NCBI GenBank assembly: GCA_041690135.1
Contig: JAWLHY010000003.1
Span: forward strand, 864,001 to 928,000
DNA: 64,000 nt
Reading direction: 5' to 3'
Source of the DNA: Armatimonadota bacterium
GTDB taxonomy: Bacteria; Armatimonadota; SYMT01
A program made the translations under genes and the position numbers. Below, piece after piece: positions 48,059 through 58,194 of this stretch (the stretch's first letter is position 1; the number at the start of each line of letters is the position of its first letter). Below the pieces are notes generated by a model. It was not told where the DNA came from, searched no databases, and saw nothing but the letters and a program-made list of their open reading frames with translations.

Positions 48059-49312
48059 ATGCGATGCCCGAACTGCGGGACCACACTCCCGGCCGCTAGC
48101 CGCTTCTGCAACGGCTGCGGTGCGGCCATGGGCGCCCCCGGCGCTCCCGGTCCGTCCACGCCCCAGCGCACCCAGATGCCTACGGCGCAGCAGTCGCGGG
48201 CAGGTTCTCCACCACCCGGTTCTCCCCTGCCCACCGGCCGACCCATGGGAAGCCCGAATCCTTTCGCCGCCCCGCCGCCCCCAGCTAGTGCCGCCGTGCC
48301 TGCTCGCAAGCCCGTGGGGCTGTTGATCGGGGTGGTGGTGCTCCTGGTGGCGGCTATCGCGATCGGTGGGGTCGTGGTGGTGCAGGGCCGGATGCGATCC
48401 GGCGCCTCTGTTACGGCAGCGCAGGCGCCGGAGTTACCACAGGGCCCAGGCGTCCAGCAGGCGTCCTCGCCCGAAGCTCCCAACGGGCCGGGGGTGATGG
48501 CCGGGCGCGTGCCACCGCCTCCCAAGGGACCTTCCGTCGTGGCGCAGGCGGAGAAGCCGAACGACATGGCACCCTCCGTGCTGCTCGGTACCGGCACCGA
48601 GCCGCCCAAAGCCCCATCCGTCGTCAGCGGCCATGCCACGCCCCAGGTGCCCGAGGGTCCGAGTCCCCTGGTCAGCCAGCCGGTTCCGTCCCCCAAGGCG
48701 CCCAGCCCTCTTCAGCAGCAGCCACGGCAAGCGCCGACCAAACCGGCACAGCCGGCTCCGCAGCCGCAGCAGCCGCCGGACCACCGGGACCTGGAGCGCT
48801 ACCTGGAGTGGCTGCGCTATGTGGAGAACGAACGGGTAACACTCCGGGCGCAGGCCCAGGGACCGCTCCTCAACGAGATGATGGCGCCACTTCAGAATGC
48901 GCTGGCGCTGACGGACCCGGACGTGAACGAGAACGTGTTGATGGCGCAGGACCAGCAGCGCAAAGGCTTGCTCTTCCGCAACATCCAGCGGGCGATGCAC
49001 GTGTTTCACGCCAACGTTCGCCGCACCAAGCCGCCGGTGCCTCAAGATTGCCGGGTGGTGGATTTGCACTTCATGGGCGCGATGCAGCTCGAGAGCGAAC
49101 TCGAAATGGCCGTGATCGATGCCTTCCTGAAGAACGATCTCGGGCGTCTGATGGTGCTGAAGCAGACCGGCGTGAAGGGTATCGACAACCGCCTGCGACA
49201 GGCCAACTTCGCGCTCCGGCAGGTATTCCGCGGCCGGAATCTTCCAGAGAGCTTTGAGATCACCTCGGGCAGCGGTGCCGGGATCGGCGGCCCGTTCCAG
49301 GGTCTTTTCTAG
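48059..49312 (+). CDS. Zinc-ribbon membrane-anchored protein with Pro-rich linker
   Basis: CPNCG...FCNGCG, one TM helix, helical C-terminal domain. Confidence 0.85.
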   Translation: MRCPNCGTTLPAASRFCNGCGAAMGAPGAPGPSTPQRTQMPTAQQSRAGSPPPGSPLPTGRPMGSPNPFAAPPPPASAAVPARKPVGLLIGVVVLLVAAIAIGGVVVVQGRMRSGASVTAAQAPELPQGPGVQQASSPEAPNGPGVMAGRVPPPPKGPSVVAQAEKPNDMAPSVLLGTGTEPPKAPSVVSGHATPQVPEGPSPLVSQPVPSPKAPSPLQQQPRQAPTKPAQPAPQPQQPPDHRDLERYLEWLRYVENERVTLRAQAQGPLLNEMMAPLQNALALTDPDVNENVLMAQDQQRKGLLFRNIQRAMHVFHANVRRTKPPVPQDCRVVDLHFMGAMQLESELEMAVIDAFLKNDLGRLMVLKQTGVKGIDNRLRQANFALRQVFRGRNLPESFEITSGSGAGIGGPFQGLF

Positions 49313-49485
49313 CGCTGTGCAATAGATCACAGGGGCTGCGGGGAACCTGTTTCCGTTGGAGACCGTCAAAGGAAGTGTGCACAGGGAACCGGCCCACAGG
49401 GGCATCCTGTAACTACCCATAGAGTTTCCGCCAACCGCCTTGCACGCGTGACCTGACGGAAGCGGCTGGAAGGATCGAGGACCTG

Positions 49486-50349
49486 ATGAACTGTCCCTAC
49501 TGCGACGAGAGCACCCATCCCCTGGCCAAGTTCTGCTCCAAGTGCGGTCTTCCGCTAAAGGAAGACTCGACCGTGATGGGTGCCTACGCCACCGACGACA
49601 CGGGCCCGAGCCCCTGGGTCGTGGGCGGCGGGGCCGTGGCGATCGTGGCCATCGCGCTGACCCTCGGCTGGCTGGGCTCCCGCAAGAACGACGCCCGGCC
49701 CACGGAGACGGTCCGGCGGGACAGTATCGGCGGCTTTCCGGCGCCTCCCGCGCCGGCGGCTACTTCGCTTCCGGGTTACACGGGCTTCAGTGCGGCAGCA
49801 ACGGCTCCGGCACGGCGAACCGGCCCTTCCGCCACCTACAATCCCACCGTGCGCTATGCCTGGACCCCCCCGCCGCAGCCGCAGACGCCGCCGCGCGTGA
49901 ACTGGGCGCCCGAGCCGGCACCGCCGCCGATTATGCTGGCCTCGATCAATCCGATCATCTACCGGCGCCCGGCGGTGGTCGAGCCGCCGCGCCTGGAGAG
50001 CCCGGCCGTTCCGCCGCTACCGCCGGATGTCGCCGCGGCCGCCGCGCAGGCGGGCCTTCCTGCCGGAAACCCGCCGGCCGGCTTCGACGATGGTTCGGGT
50101 TTCGGTGGGCCACAGGTCCCCGCCGGCTTCAATTATGTGGTTGCGCCGAACGGCGAGGTCGGCGTGCTGAATGGGAACGGGGTATTCGAATCACTGCGCG
50201 ACCGGCAGCCGCTCTCCGGGGCGGACAGCGACCAGGCCTTCTGGGTTTGGGATCCCGTGCACGAACGGTGGGCCGTGCAGACGAACCGCAAGCGGAGCAG
50301 CGCCCGGCGCGTGGGCGGCGCCGCCGTTTCGGCCAATTCGGGCGGTTAA
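49486..50349 (+). CDS. Zinc-ribbon membrane-anchored Pro-rich protein
   Basis: CPYC...FCSKCG, one TM helix; GAGG Shine-Dalgarno. Confidence 0.85.
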   Translation: MNCPYCDESTHPLAKFCSKCGLPLKEDSTVMGAYATDDTGPSPWVVGGGAVAIVAIALTLGWLGSRKNDARPTETVRRDSIGGFPAPPAPAATSLPGYTGFSAAATAPARRTGPSATYNPTVRYAWTPPPQPQTPPRVNWAPEPAPPPIMLASINPIIYRRPAVVEPPRLESPAVPPLPPDVAAAAAQAGLPAGNPPAGFDDGSGFGGPQVPAGFNYVVAPNGEVGVLNGNGVFESLRDRQPLSGADSDQAFWVWDPVHERWAVQTNRKRSSARRVGGAAVSANSGG

Positions 50350-50415
50350 GGCCGGAGGGCCGATCTGATACCGGAGCCTAGTGAGGCCTCTCTTTCACAG
50401 CCTTCTGGGGCGGAT

Positions 50416-50643
50416 GTGGGCGACATCTCCCCGGAGGGCTGTGCCGCGTCTCCAGGTTCTTCGCCACTCGTTCCCGGCCGGATCGTGGAACTGCGGAAAC
50501 CACATGCGTGTGGTGGTCGGCAGTGGACGATCACCCGCGCCGGCGCCGACGTGGGCCTGGAGTGCGCCACCTGCCGGCGCCGGGTGCTGCTGGCTCGCGA
50601 AGAGTTCACCCGCCGCTGTGCCCGGATCGTGGGAGACGGATGA
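50416..50643 (+). CDS. DUF951 family protein
   Basis: [36 protein letters not shown]. Confidence 0.88.
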   Translation: MGDISPEGCAASPGSSPLVPGRIVELRKPHACGGRQWTITRAGADVGLECATCRRRVLLAREEFTRRCARIVGDG

Positions 50644-51125
50644 GATTCATGGCGCTTTTCGACCTTCCTGTCTTAAACGACGTCTACGCCTACGCCGCGA
50701 GAATCGACCAGTCCCCCTGCAACGGGTGCGACGAGTGTGGAGCCCGGTGCGTGGAGGGCGTGCCGATCCAGGAAGCCGAGTTCCTTGCGCTTCGGGCCTT
50801 TGTCGCCGGTCCCGAGGGAGCGGACGCCCGGCGGGTGGAACAAGAGAACAAGGTGCTTCCGTATCCCGGCACGGAAGAGAGTGACGGCGTCTTCTACACG
50901 GCCTGCCGCTTCCGCGATGTGGAGCGTGGCCGCTGCTCGGTCTATCCCGTGCGTCCCCTCGTCTGCCGTCTCTTTGGTCACGTGGAATGGCTCCCCTGTC
51001 CCATCCAGAAGATTCCCGGCCCGGCGCCGGGCGGTCCGGAGACGATGCGCCGGTACGGCGAAGCTCCGCTGCGCACTTACGAAGAGTGGCTCACCGAGCC
51101 CTCCGCTTCCGGCCAGTTGCGCTGA
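50640..51125 (+). CDS. YkgJ family cysteine cluster protein
   Basis: [11 protein letters not shown]...CRF...[15 protein letters not shown]. Confidence 0.88.
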   Translation: MRFMALFDLPVLNDVYAYAARIDQSPCNGCDECGARCVEGVPIQEAEFLALRAFVAGPEGADARRVEQENKVLPYPGTEESDGVFYTACRFRDVERGRCSVYPVRPLVCRLFGHVEWLPCPIQKIPGPAPGGPETMRRYGEAPLRTYEEWLTEPSASGQLR

Positions 51126-53245
51126 ATCCCGCCGGCGAGCGCTCCCTCCGCCTCGCTGTCCCCTCGCTCCTGGTGGCCTCCGCTCTGGTACTGGCCGGCG
51201 CGGGTGGCTGTCGCCCGGCGGAGGAGAGCCCGGATACCGCCGCTCCCGCCGCCTCCAGCGCCGGACTCCGGCGCGGTCCCGTCCCCATCCACCTCTCGCC
51301 CGATCCCTGGGTGCTCTCGACCGACGCCTGGGACGCGGAGCACCGGGGCGCCTATCTGGGGAACGGCTATATCGGCCAGAGCCTTACCCCGGCCGGCGGG
51401 CTGCTGGTCGATCCGGCCAAACAGCAGTCTTTCCTGGCCGGCTACTACGAGAGTGAGGCCCTGGAAGCGCTTCCCTGCCTGACGCCGCTCCGGATCGCAA
51501 GCGGGGCGCAGGTCCTCGGCGGAAAACCGGAGGAGGTGAAGCAGTACCACCAGGAGTTGCGCCTCCGCAAGGGGGTCCTGGCCACCCGCGGCACCTGGAA
51601 CACTCCAGGCGGCGATGTGGCACTCGAGCTGGAGACGGCGTTCCTGCGACATCGGCCGGACACGGCGCTCCTCCGCGTGACGGTGGATAACCGTGGCTCC
51701 GCGCCCATGACGCTGGGGGTGCCGGAGGAGGGAACGGGAGATCCGGCCGCGAGCGGGGGCGAGTTGCTCCCTAATCAATATCGCTACCGCTGGCGCCAGG
51801 TGGAGGGGCTGGTCCGCCTGGAAGCCCTCGACCGCTCCGACCTTTCTCCCGCCGCTGCCGCCGGCTACCGGTTCGCCTTCACCCTGCCGGCCCATCAGAA
51901 GGCGACCTTTGTTCTGAGCAACACCGTGAGCCATCCGAAGCTCCGTCCGGAGTCGAAGGGTCCGGAACCGCTCCGTGAGTTGACTTCGCAGGTCATCGAC
52001 GCGGAGTTGCGGAGCCACACCGCCGCCTGGGAGAAGCTCTGGCAGTCCGACCTGGAGATCGAGGGAGACCCGGAAGCCCAGCAGGTGGTCCGCGCCTGCC
52101 TGTTCTACCTGCTCGCCAGTGTGCGGCCGGACCACGCCGGGGGGATGCCCCCGATGGGCCTGAGCACCAAGGCATTCAATGGGCACGTGTTCTGGGATAT
52201 GGATAGCTGGATGCTCCCCGCCCTGCTGCCGCAGCACCCGGATCTCGCCCGCGCTATGACGGAGTACCGGTTCGACACCCTTTCCGGCGCGAAGGCCAAT
52301 GCGCGGGCGGAAAAGCTGCCCGGCGCCAGCTACGCCTGGGAGAGCGGAGGCTCCGGTAAGGAGACCCTGAAGGCAGAGGTCTTCCGTCACGGCCGGCACG
52401 TGACCGGCGACGTCGCCCTGGCCCTGAAGCAGTACTATGCCGCGACCGGCGACGACGCCTGGCTGCGCTCCCGTGCCTGGCCGATCCTGAAGGAGACCGC
52501 CGAGAACTGGGTCGCCCGTGCCCAGCCGGACGGCAAGGGCGGGTACGTGGTGAAGCAGGTGACCACACCGGACGAAAACGCCGGCCAGGTGGACCACAGC
52601 GCCTGGACCCACCACGTGGCGCGGGTGAACCTGGAGTTCGCCGCCGAGACCGCCCGGAAACTGGGTCAGCCGGCGAACCCGAAGTGGACCACCGTGGCGC
52701 AGGGCCTCGGGTTCCTGCGCGACCCGGATGGCCTCATCCTTTCCCACTCGGCCTTTACCGAGCGGAGCAAGTCGAAGCAGGCCGACGCGCTGCTTCTTAT
52801 CCACCCCGGCGAGGCGAACCTCCAGAAGGCGGAGGGGGAGCGCCTGTACGACTTCTACGCCCCGCGCGTGATCGAGACCGGGCCGGCGATGACCGATGCC
52901 ATCCACGCGGTGGTTGCGGCCCGCCTGGGGCGCGGGGAAGAGGCCCTGGAGCAGTTCCGCAAGAGCTATCGTCCCTTCGTCCGGCCCCCGTTCCACATCT
53001 TCAGCGAGAAGCGGACCCGCGACAACCTCTGCTTCCTTACCGGTGCCGCCGGTGTGGTGGAAGCGGTCCTCTACGGCTTCGCGGGCCTGGAGCTAGAGCC
53101 GGGGGAAGTCGCCGGTCGGCCCCACCTCAGGCCGCAGTTCCCGCCCGGCTGGCAGGCCCTGCGCGTCAAGGGCCTCCAGTGGCGCGGCAAGAGCTGGGAC
53201 GTGGAGCTCAAGCCCGGAGCGGAGCCTGTCTGGACCGCGAAGTAG
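51122..53245 (+). CDS. Glycoside hydrolase family 65 protein, probable lipoprotein (start uncertain)
   Basis: FNGHVFWDMDSW, YAWESG, TTPDE, KQADALL, GPAMT, FLTGAAG; AGGC lipobox. Confidence 0.9.
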   Translation: MNPAGERSLRLAVPSLLVASALVLAGAGGCRPAEESPDTAAPAASSAGLRRGPVPIHLSPDPWVLSTDAWDAEHRGAYLGNGYIGQSLTPAGGLLVDPAKQQSFLAGYYESEALEALPCLTPLRIASGAQVLGGKPEEVKQYHQELRLRKGVLATRGTWNTPGGDVALELETAFLRHRPDTALLRVTVDNRGSAPMTLGVPEEGTGDPAASGGELLPNQYRYRWRQVEGLVRLEALDRSDLSPAAAAGYRFAFTLPAHQKATFVLSNTVSHPKLRPESKGPEPLRELTSQVIDAELRSHTAAWEKLWQSDLEIEGDPEAQQVVRACLFYLLASVRPDHAGGMPPMGLSTKAFNGHVFWDMDSWMLPALLPQHPDLARAMTEYRFDTLSGAKANARAEKLPGASYAWESGGSGKETLKAEVFRHGRHVTGDVALALKQYYAATGDDAWLRSRAWPILKETAENWVARAQPDGKGGYVVKQVTTPDENAGQVDHSAWTHHVARVNLEFAAETARKLGQPANPKWTTVAQGLGFLRDPDGLILSHSAFTERSKSKQADALLLIHPGEANLQKAEGERLYDFYAPRVIETGPAMTDAIHAVVAARLGRGEEALEQFRKSYRPFVRPPFHIFSEKRTRDNLCFLTGAAGVVEAVLYGFAGLELEPGEVAGRPHLRPQFPPGWQALRVKGLQWRGKSWDVELKPGAEPVWTAK

Positions 53246-53268
53246 GCCTGCGTGATCGTCCTTACTGA

Positions 53269-53302
53269 TATCTGGGGCACCTACCATCCGGTGCCCCAGA
53301 TA
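53269..53302. repeat. Perfect 13-bp inverted repeat, terminator-like
   Basis: TATCTGGGGCACC...GGTGCCCCAGATA downstream of the GH65 gene; no T-tract. Confidence 0.6.
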
Positions 53303-53447
53303 CGAGCGGTGTCGCTGCAGATCACGGTGAGACTGTGCGAAGCGCCGTATTCGCGCCGCCGTTTCGAAGGCGTTATGTTGGGTAACCTTCCTTCGTGCCG
53401 CCCAGGCGTTCCGGGCGGCAGCGCGTCAAACCAGGAAGGAAACTCCG

Positions 53448-54335
53448 ATGACAGTGCCCGCTTTGCCGATTATCGACATGCACCTGCACGCGCACGAGCC
53501 TGGCGCGTCGATCGTGCTACCGGGAGCGCCGGCACTGTGTCGCCCTCACCCGTGCCGCGGCAGCGGGAAGGCGACCGCCACCAGCGCGGAGACGCTTGGG
53601 AAGACCCTGGAGTGGATGGACCGCTGCAACATTGTCAAGGGCTTCCTGAGCGGCGAATTGGAGACCGTCCGGGAATGGGCAGCGGCGGCTCCCGATCGTT
53701 TCATCGCGGCGCCTTTCATCCTGGAGCCTGGCCGGCCTGACGCGGAGACGCTTCGGCGAGAGTATGCCGCGGGGCATCTTGCCGGCATGGGGGAGATCGC
53801 GGCGCAACTCACCGGCGTGGCTCCGAACGATCCCGCACTCGAGCCGTATTTTTCCCTCGCCGAAGAGCTTGACTTGCCGGTTCTGATTCATACGGCGGGG
53901 ATCGGTCCGTACCTGCCCGGCTTCCGTTCAGCCAAAGGTAACCCGCTGCTTCTGGAAGAGGTGTTGGTCCGGCACCCGAACTTGCGGCTCTGGGTGGAGA
54001 ATGCCGGCTTCCCCTTCCTCCACGAGATGATGGCGATGATGTACCAATATCCGCAGCTTCATGCGGATCTGTCCACTATTACCTGGGTTATCCCACGCGC
54101 TGCGTTCTACGACTATTTGCAGGCACTCGTCCGCGCGGGCCTGGGGAAGCGCCTGATGTTCGGCTCGGACCAAATGCGCTGGCCTGAAGTGATCGGAAGC
54201 GCCGTGGAAGCAATCCATGCAGCCGACTTTCTCACCGAGGAGCAGAAGCGGGACCTACTCTACAACAATGCAGCGCGCCTGCTTCGTCTTGAGCAGGTAG
54301 CATCGGATTCCGAGGCGCCACGAGCGGCTGCATGA
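53448..54335 (+). CDS. Amidohydrolase family protein
   Basis: IDMHLH, MGEI, PVLIHT, LMFGSD, LLYNNAARLL. Confidence 0.92.
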   Translation: MTVPALPIIDMHLHAHEPGASIVLPGAPALCRPHPCRGSGKATATSAETLGKTLEWMDRCNIVKGFLSGELETVREWAAAAPDRFIAAPFILEPGRPDAETLRREYAAGHLAGMGEIAAQLTGVAPNDPALEPYFSLAEELDLPVLIHTAGIGPYLPGFRSAKGNPLLLEEVLVRHPNLRLWVENAGFPFLHEMMAMMYQYPQLHADLSTITWVIPRAAFYDYLQALVRAGLGKRLMFGSDQMRWPEVIGSAVEAIHAADFLTEEQKRDLLYNNAARLLRLEQVASDSEAPRAAA

Positions 54336-54450
54336 CTCTTTGCCGCCGCTTCCGCCCGGCGTTCCTAACGGGTCGTTGTATCTGCCTCCCATCTATTTTC
54401 CAGAGCCGGTAGGCCCTCAGGTCCCTTCCGTGTCCCTCTATGTTGAGCGA

Positions 54451-55329
54451 CTATCCCGGACGGATTACCGGGACGGCGCCGGGCAACACGCTGATCTCCA
54501 CCGGGGTCCGGCCGAAGTAGTCGCCGTCGAGCTGCACGGCGGCGGCCGGCTTGCACTCGATCCGGACCCACCGCGTGCGGTAGTAGTTGAAATGGGGGTC
54601 CTTGAGTTGGCGACCCAACAGCACGTTGAAGATCTGGCCCAGGAAGCCCAGCTTGCTCCGTTCCCGGAAGAGGCAAAGGTCCAGGTAACCATCGTCGAGG
54701 CTGGCGAGCGGCGCGATGTGCACGGGACCACCATAACTGGCGGCATTGGCGACCACCAGCAGCATGCCGCGGGCCACGATCCGCTCTTCGGAAAGCAGCA
54801 GGCGGTAGCGGAGAGGGCGGGGGATCTGCGCGAGAGTTCGCAGCCCACTCAGCACGTACGCGGGGGCGCCGATCAGGTCCTTCACGTTGGGCGGCACCTC
54901 GCGGACCACCTCCGCGTCGAAGCCGATGCCGGCCATCAGGGCGAAACGACGCCCGTTGCACAGGCCCAAGTCGATGGGGTGGGGTCGGCCGTGCCGGAGC
55001 ACTTCGCACGCGGCGGGGAGGTCGTTGACCGGAATCTTCAGCTCCCGTGCCAGGACGTTGGCGGTCCCCAGCGGGATCAGGCCCAGGGGCAGGCCTGGAG
55101 GGATGCCGTTCAGCACCTCGTTGATCGTGCCGTCGCCACCCACCGCCACGACGCAGTCGAACGCCTCCGGACGAAGGCCGCGCGCGTACCGTTCGGCGTC
55201 CCCACGCGTACGCGTTTCCAGGACCTCCACCGTGGGGCACCACGCGGAGAGGCACTCCCGGATCCGCGGCAGCGCACTTCCCGGCCGCGCCTGCCCCGCT
55301 ACCGGATTTACGATCAAACAGATCCTCAC
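54451..55329 (-). CDS. Diacylglycerol/lipid kinase family protein
   Basis: IVNPVAG, GGDGTINEV, PLGTANVLA, GIGFDA, QLDGD. Confidence 0.95.
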   Translation of the reverse strand: MRICLIVNPVAGQARPGSALPRIRECLSAWCPTVEVLETRTRGDAERYARGLRPEAFDCVVAVGGDGTINEVLNGIPPGLPLGLIPLGTANVLARELKIPVNDLPAACEVLRHGRPHPIDLGLCNGRRFALMAGIGFDAEVVREVPPNVKDLIGAPAYVLSGLRTLAQIPRPLRYRLLLSEERIVARGMLLVVANAASYGGPVHIAPLASLDDGYLDLCLFRERSKLGFLGQIFNVLLGRQLKDPHFNYYRTRWVRIECKPAAAVQLDGDYFGRTPVEISVLPGAVPVIRPG

Positions 55330-55483
55330 CCGATCGTCCTATTCCCGCGAGCGTTCACCATCCCGGACGCTCGAACGCCTGAATGATGTTGGGAAATTCG
55401 ATCGCGGGCAGTCCAACTGCAGCCGATCCTGCAGCAAACCATCACCACGATCAATGGTCCCGTACTTCCACCGTCCCAGTTCA

Positions 55484-55610
55484 TCTCGTCTCGTCCCGTC
55501 CCAGACCTCACGTTTCACGTTTCACGTCTTACACGCCTGCCCGAGGTAAATCCCGTGCCCTCGCAGTCATCTCGCACGTAAGCCTCACGTTTCACGCATC
55601 ACGCATCACG
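55484..55610. repeat. Intergenic heptamer tandem repeats (TCACGTT / TCACGCA)
   Basis: cctcacgtttcacgtttcacgtct and cctcacgtttcacgcatcacgcatcacg. Confidence 0.75.
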
Positions 55611-55622
55611 GCGCCCCTAAGA

Positions 55623-55651
55623 TTGACAGGTCCAGACGATCCGGGTACGCT
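55623..55651 (+). promoter_or_regulatory. Sigma70-type promoter of the ppa operon
   Basis: TTGACA-17 nt-TACGCT. Confidence 0.6.
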
Positions 55652-55732
55652 ACAGGCGTCAGGTTCATAACCGTATCCGTCACCCCGGTTTCCCGTCGAT
55701 AGAGGCCCGGACCCCGGAGAGAATTTCGCTTC

Positions 55733-56287
55733 ATGTCCTTACTGTCCTATCCCATCGGTCGCCATGCTCCCACGGAGGTGTTCGGCATCGTCGAGATCCC
55801 GAAGGGGAGCTCCAACAAGTACGAGTTCGACCTCCACCATGAGGTGTTCGTGCTCGACCGGGTCCTCTACTCCCCCCTCTTTTATCCCTGCGATTACGGC
55901 TGGGTGGCCGGCACGCTCTCCGAAGACGGCGACCCGCTCGACATCCTGATCCTCGGCAGCGAGCCGACCTTTCCCGGCTGCGTGGTGGCGACCCGCCCGC
56001 TGGGAGCGCTGGCGATGTCGGACGAGCACGGCACCGACTACAAGGTGTTGGCCGTCTCCTGCCGCGATCCCCGCTACGAGGAAACGCTCACCCTGGAACA
56101 TGTTTCCCGGCATCGCCTGCGCGAGATCGAGCATTTCTTCCGGGTGTACAAGGACCTGGAAGAGAAGGAAGTGGAAGTCAAAGGCTGGATTGACCAGGAG
56201 CAAACGTACCGGATCATCGCGGACTGTCACAAGCGCCTGACCGGCACCGTCCTCAACATACCCCCACCGGGAGGAGGCCTGCGGTGA
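55733..56287 (+). CDS. ppa: Inorganic pyrophosphatase (family I)
   Basis: EIPKGSSNKYE, LDRVLYS, YPCDYG, EDGDPLD, EHFFRVYKDLE. Confidence 0.96.
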   Translation: MSLLSYPIGRHAPTEVFGIVEIPKGSSNKYEFDLHHEVFVLDRVLYSPLFYPCDYGWVAGTLSEDGDPLDILILGSEPTFPGCVVATRPLGALAMSDEHGTDYKVLAVSCRDPRYEETLTLEHVSRHRLREIEHFFRVYKDLEEKEVEVKGWIDQEQTYRIIADCHKRLTGTVLNIPPPGGGLR

Positions 56288-56841
56288 GTGCCGCTCGTGA
56301 AATGCCCCCGCTGCCCCTAACGGCGGAAGAGGCCCTTCAGTTCCACAGCGACCGCTCCTGGGAGTTGGTCGACGGGGAGATTCGGGAGATGTCGCTGGCC
56401 GGCGCGGAACATGGCGAGTGTGGAGGGAACCTTCTGACGGAGTTGGCCGTGCACGTGAAGGCTCACGGCCTGGGGAAGCTCTACCTGGCGGAAACCGGTT
56501 TCCTGATCGCTCGCGACCCGGATGCGGTGCGCGGCCCGGATATCGCCTTCATCCGGAAGGATCGGGTTCCGCACCCTACTCCGCCGGGCTGGATGACCAC
56601 CATGCCGGATCTCGTGGTGGAGGTCATCTCCCCTCGGGAGGAGGTCGGCGCGGTTGCGGATAAAATCGGCGCCTGGCTGGATGCGGGAGTGTCTCTCGTG
56701 TGGGCCGTCTATCCCCGCTGGCGAGCCGTGCAGGTTCACCGGCTGGGCCATGAGATTCGCTTCCTCACCGAGTCCGCCACCCTGGATGGTGAAGACGTAC
56801 TGCCGGGCTTCTCGCTGCTGGTGAAGGAGATCTTCGTATGA
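56284..56841 (+). CDS. Uma2 family endonuclease
   Basis: ELVDGEI, RGPDIAF, PDLVVEVISP, WLDAGV, DVLPGF. Confidence 0.93.
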   Translation: MSAAREMPPLPLTAEEALQFHSDRSWELVDGEIREMSLAGAEHGECGGNLLTELAVHVKAHGLGKLYLAETGFLIARDPDAVRGPDIAFIRKDRVPHPTPPGWMTTMPDLVVEVISPREEVGAVADKIGAWLDAGVSLVWAVYPRWRAVQVHRLGHEIRFLTESATLDGEDVLPGFSLLVKEIFV

Positions 56842-58184
56842 GAGCGGTGCGTATTGCAGGGTTGCTGCTGCTCGGCGCCGCGGCCCCGGTGCTGGCGGCC
56901 TCCTTTTCCGAGCGGCTGACGGAAGAGAACCTGGCGGCAGTCCGGGCTTCCGCGCGCGAGTTGCGGCGGGAGGCGCGCTCGGAACCGGAGAATGCCGGTT
57001 ACCAGGATGTTCGGGTGGTTCTGCACGCGCATTCCGGTCTCTCCCATGACTCCCGGGGCACGGAAGAGCAGATCGTGGCGGCGGCGAAAAAGGCGAAGGT
57101 CCGTGCCGTTTTTATGAGTGAGCACCCCACCCCGGACCGCAAGTGGGCCACTGAAGGGCTCCGGGGAGAGAAAGAGGGCGTGCTGCTCGTTCCCGGCGCG
57201 GAGCTGAGCGACGGGCTGCTGATCTGGCGCTCCGAAGGCCAGGAGTGGACGCCGCAGATGAAGGCGTCGGAGGTTCTGGAAAAGCTCTCGGGCAGCCGCG
57301 CGGTGGCCTTTGTCGCGCATCCGGAGGAGCGGAAGGATGATGCGGCCTGGAACCTGCCTGCCTTCCACGGGATGGAGATCTACAACACCCACGCCGACGC
57401 GGAAGACAGCGGCTACGAGAAGTTGCTGGAGTCGTTCCGCAAAGAGAGCCCCTTCCGCCTCCTGGGGGTATTGAGCCTCTTGAAGAAGTACCCGCGGGAG
57501 GCTTTTGCCGCCGTCTTCGACGAGCAGGCGGAGATCCTGGGGCGCTGGGATCGCCTGAATGCCGCCTTCCTCTCCGGGGAGAAAGCTTCGAACCGGCGGG
57601 TGGTCGGTATCGCGGGGAACGATTCCCACCAGAACGTCGGCATCTCCGTGGAGACGGGCGACGGCGGCCTGGTGATCAAGGATGCCCTGGGCCGCGTGAT
57701 CAGCAATCCGGGCAAGAAGGGTGGGGGCTTGCAGCTCGGTGGGGGCGGGGGCGCACCACTCGTGTCGCACACTTTCGATACCTACGACGTGAGCTTCGGC
57801 TACGTCAGCACGCACCTGCTGCTGGACCCGGAAGCGAAGGTGACCGAGGATTCGCTCTTCGACACCCTCCTTCGCGGTCGCGCCTATGTCGCCTTCGACT
57901 GGATGGCCGATCCCACCGGGTTCCGCTTCACGGCGGAACACGCTGGCAAGAGCTCGCCGATGGGGAGCGATGTGCCGCTGGCGGAGACGCCCACGCTGGC
58001 CGCGCGGACGAACCTGCCCGCCACGCTGCGATTGCTGCGGAACGGAGAGGAGATCCGGCGCGTCGAAGGAACGGAGATCACGGCAGAGGTGCGGGCCCCG
58101 GGCGTCTACCGTGTCGAAGCCTGGTTGGAGGTCGCCGGCGAAAAGCGCCCCTGGATCTACAGCAATCCGATCTACGTGAAATAG
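56838..58184 (+). CDS. Secreted PHP-like (CehA/McbA-related) metallohydrolase
   Basis: LHAHSGLSHDS, VAHP, GMEIYN, AGNDSH, WIYSNPIYV. Confidence 0.85.
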   Translation: MRAVRIAGLLLLGAAAPVLAASFSERLTEENLAAVRASARELRREARSEPENAGYQDVRVVLHAHSGLSHDSRGTEEQIVAAAKKAKVRAVFMSEHPTPDRKWATEGLRGEKEGVLLVPGAELSDGLLIWRSEGQEWTPQMKASEVLEKLSGSRAVAFVAHPEERKDDAAWNLPAFHGMEIYNTHADAEDSGYEKLLESFRKESPFRLLGVLSLLKKYPREAFAAVFDEQAEILGRWDRLNAAFLSGEKASNRRVVGIAGNDSHQNVGISVETGDGGLVIKDALGRVISNPGKKGGGLQLGGGGGAPLVSHTFDTYDVSFGYVSTHLLLDPEAKVTEDSLFDTLLRGRAYVAFDWMADPTGFRFTAEHAGKSSPMGSDVPLAETPTLAARTNLPATLRLLRNGEEIRRVEGTEITAEVRAPGVYRVEAWLEVAGEKRPWIYSNPIYVK

Positions 58185-58194
58185 ACCCGTTCTC

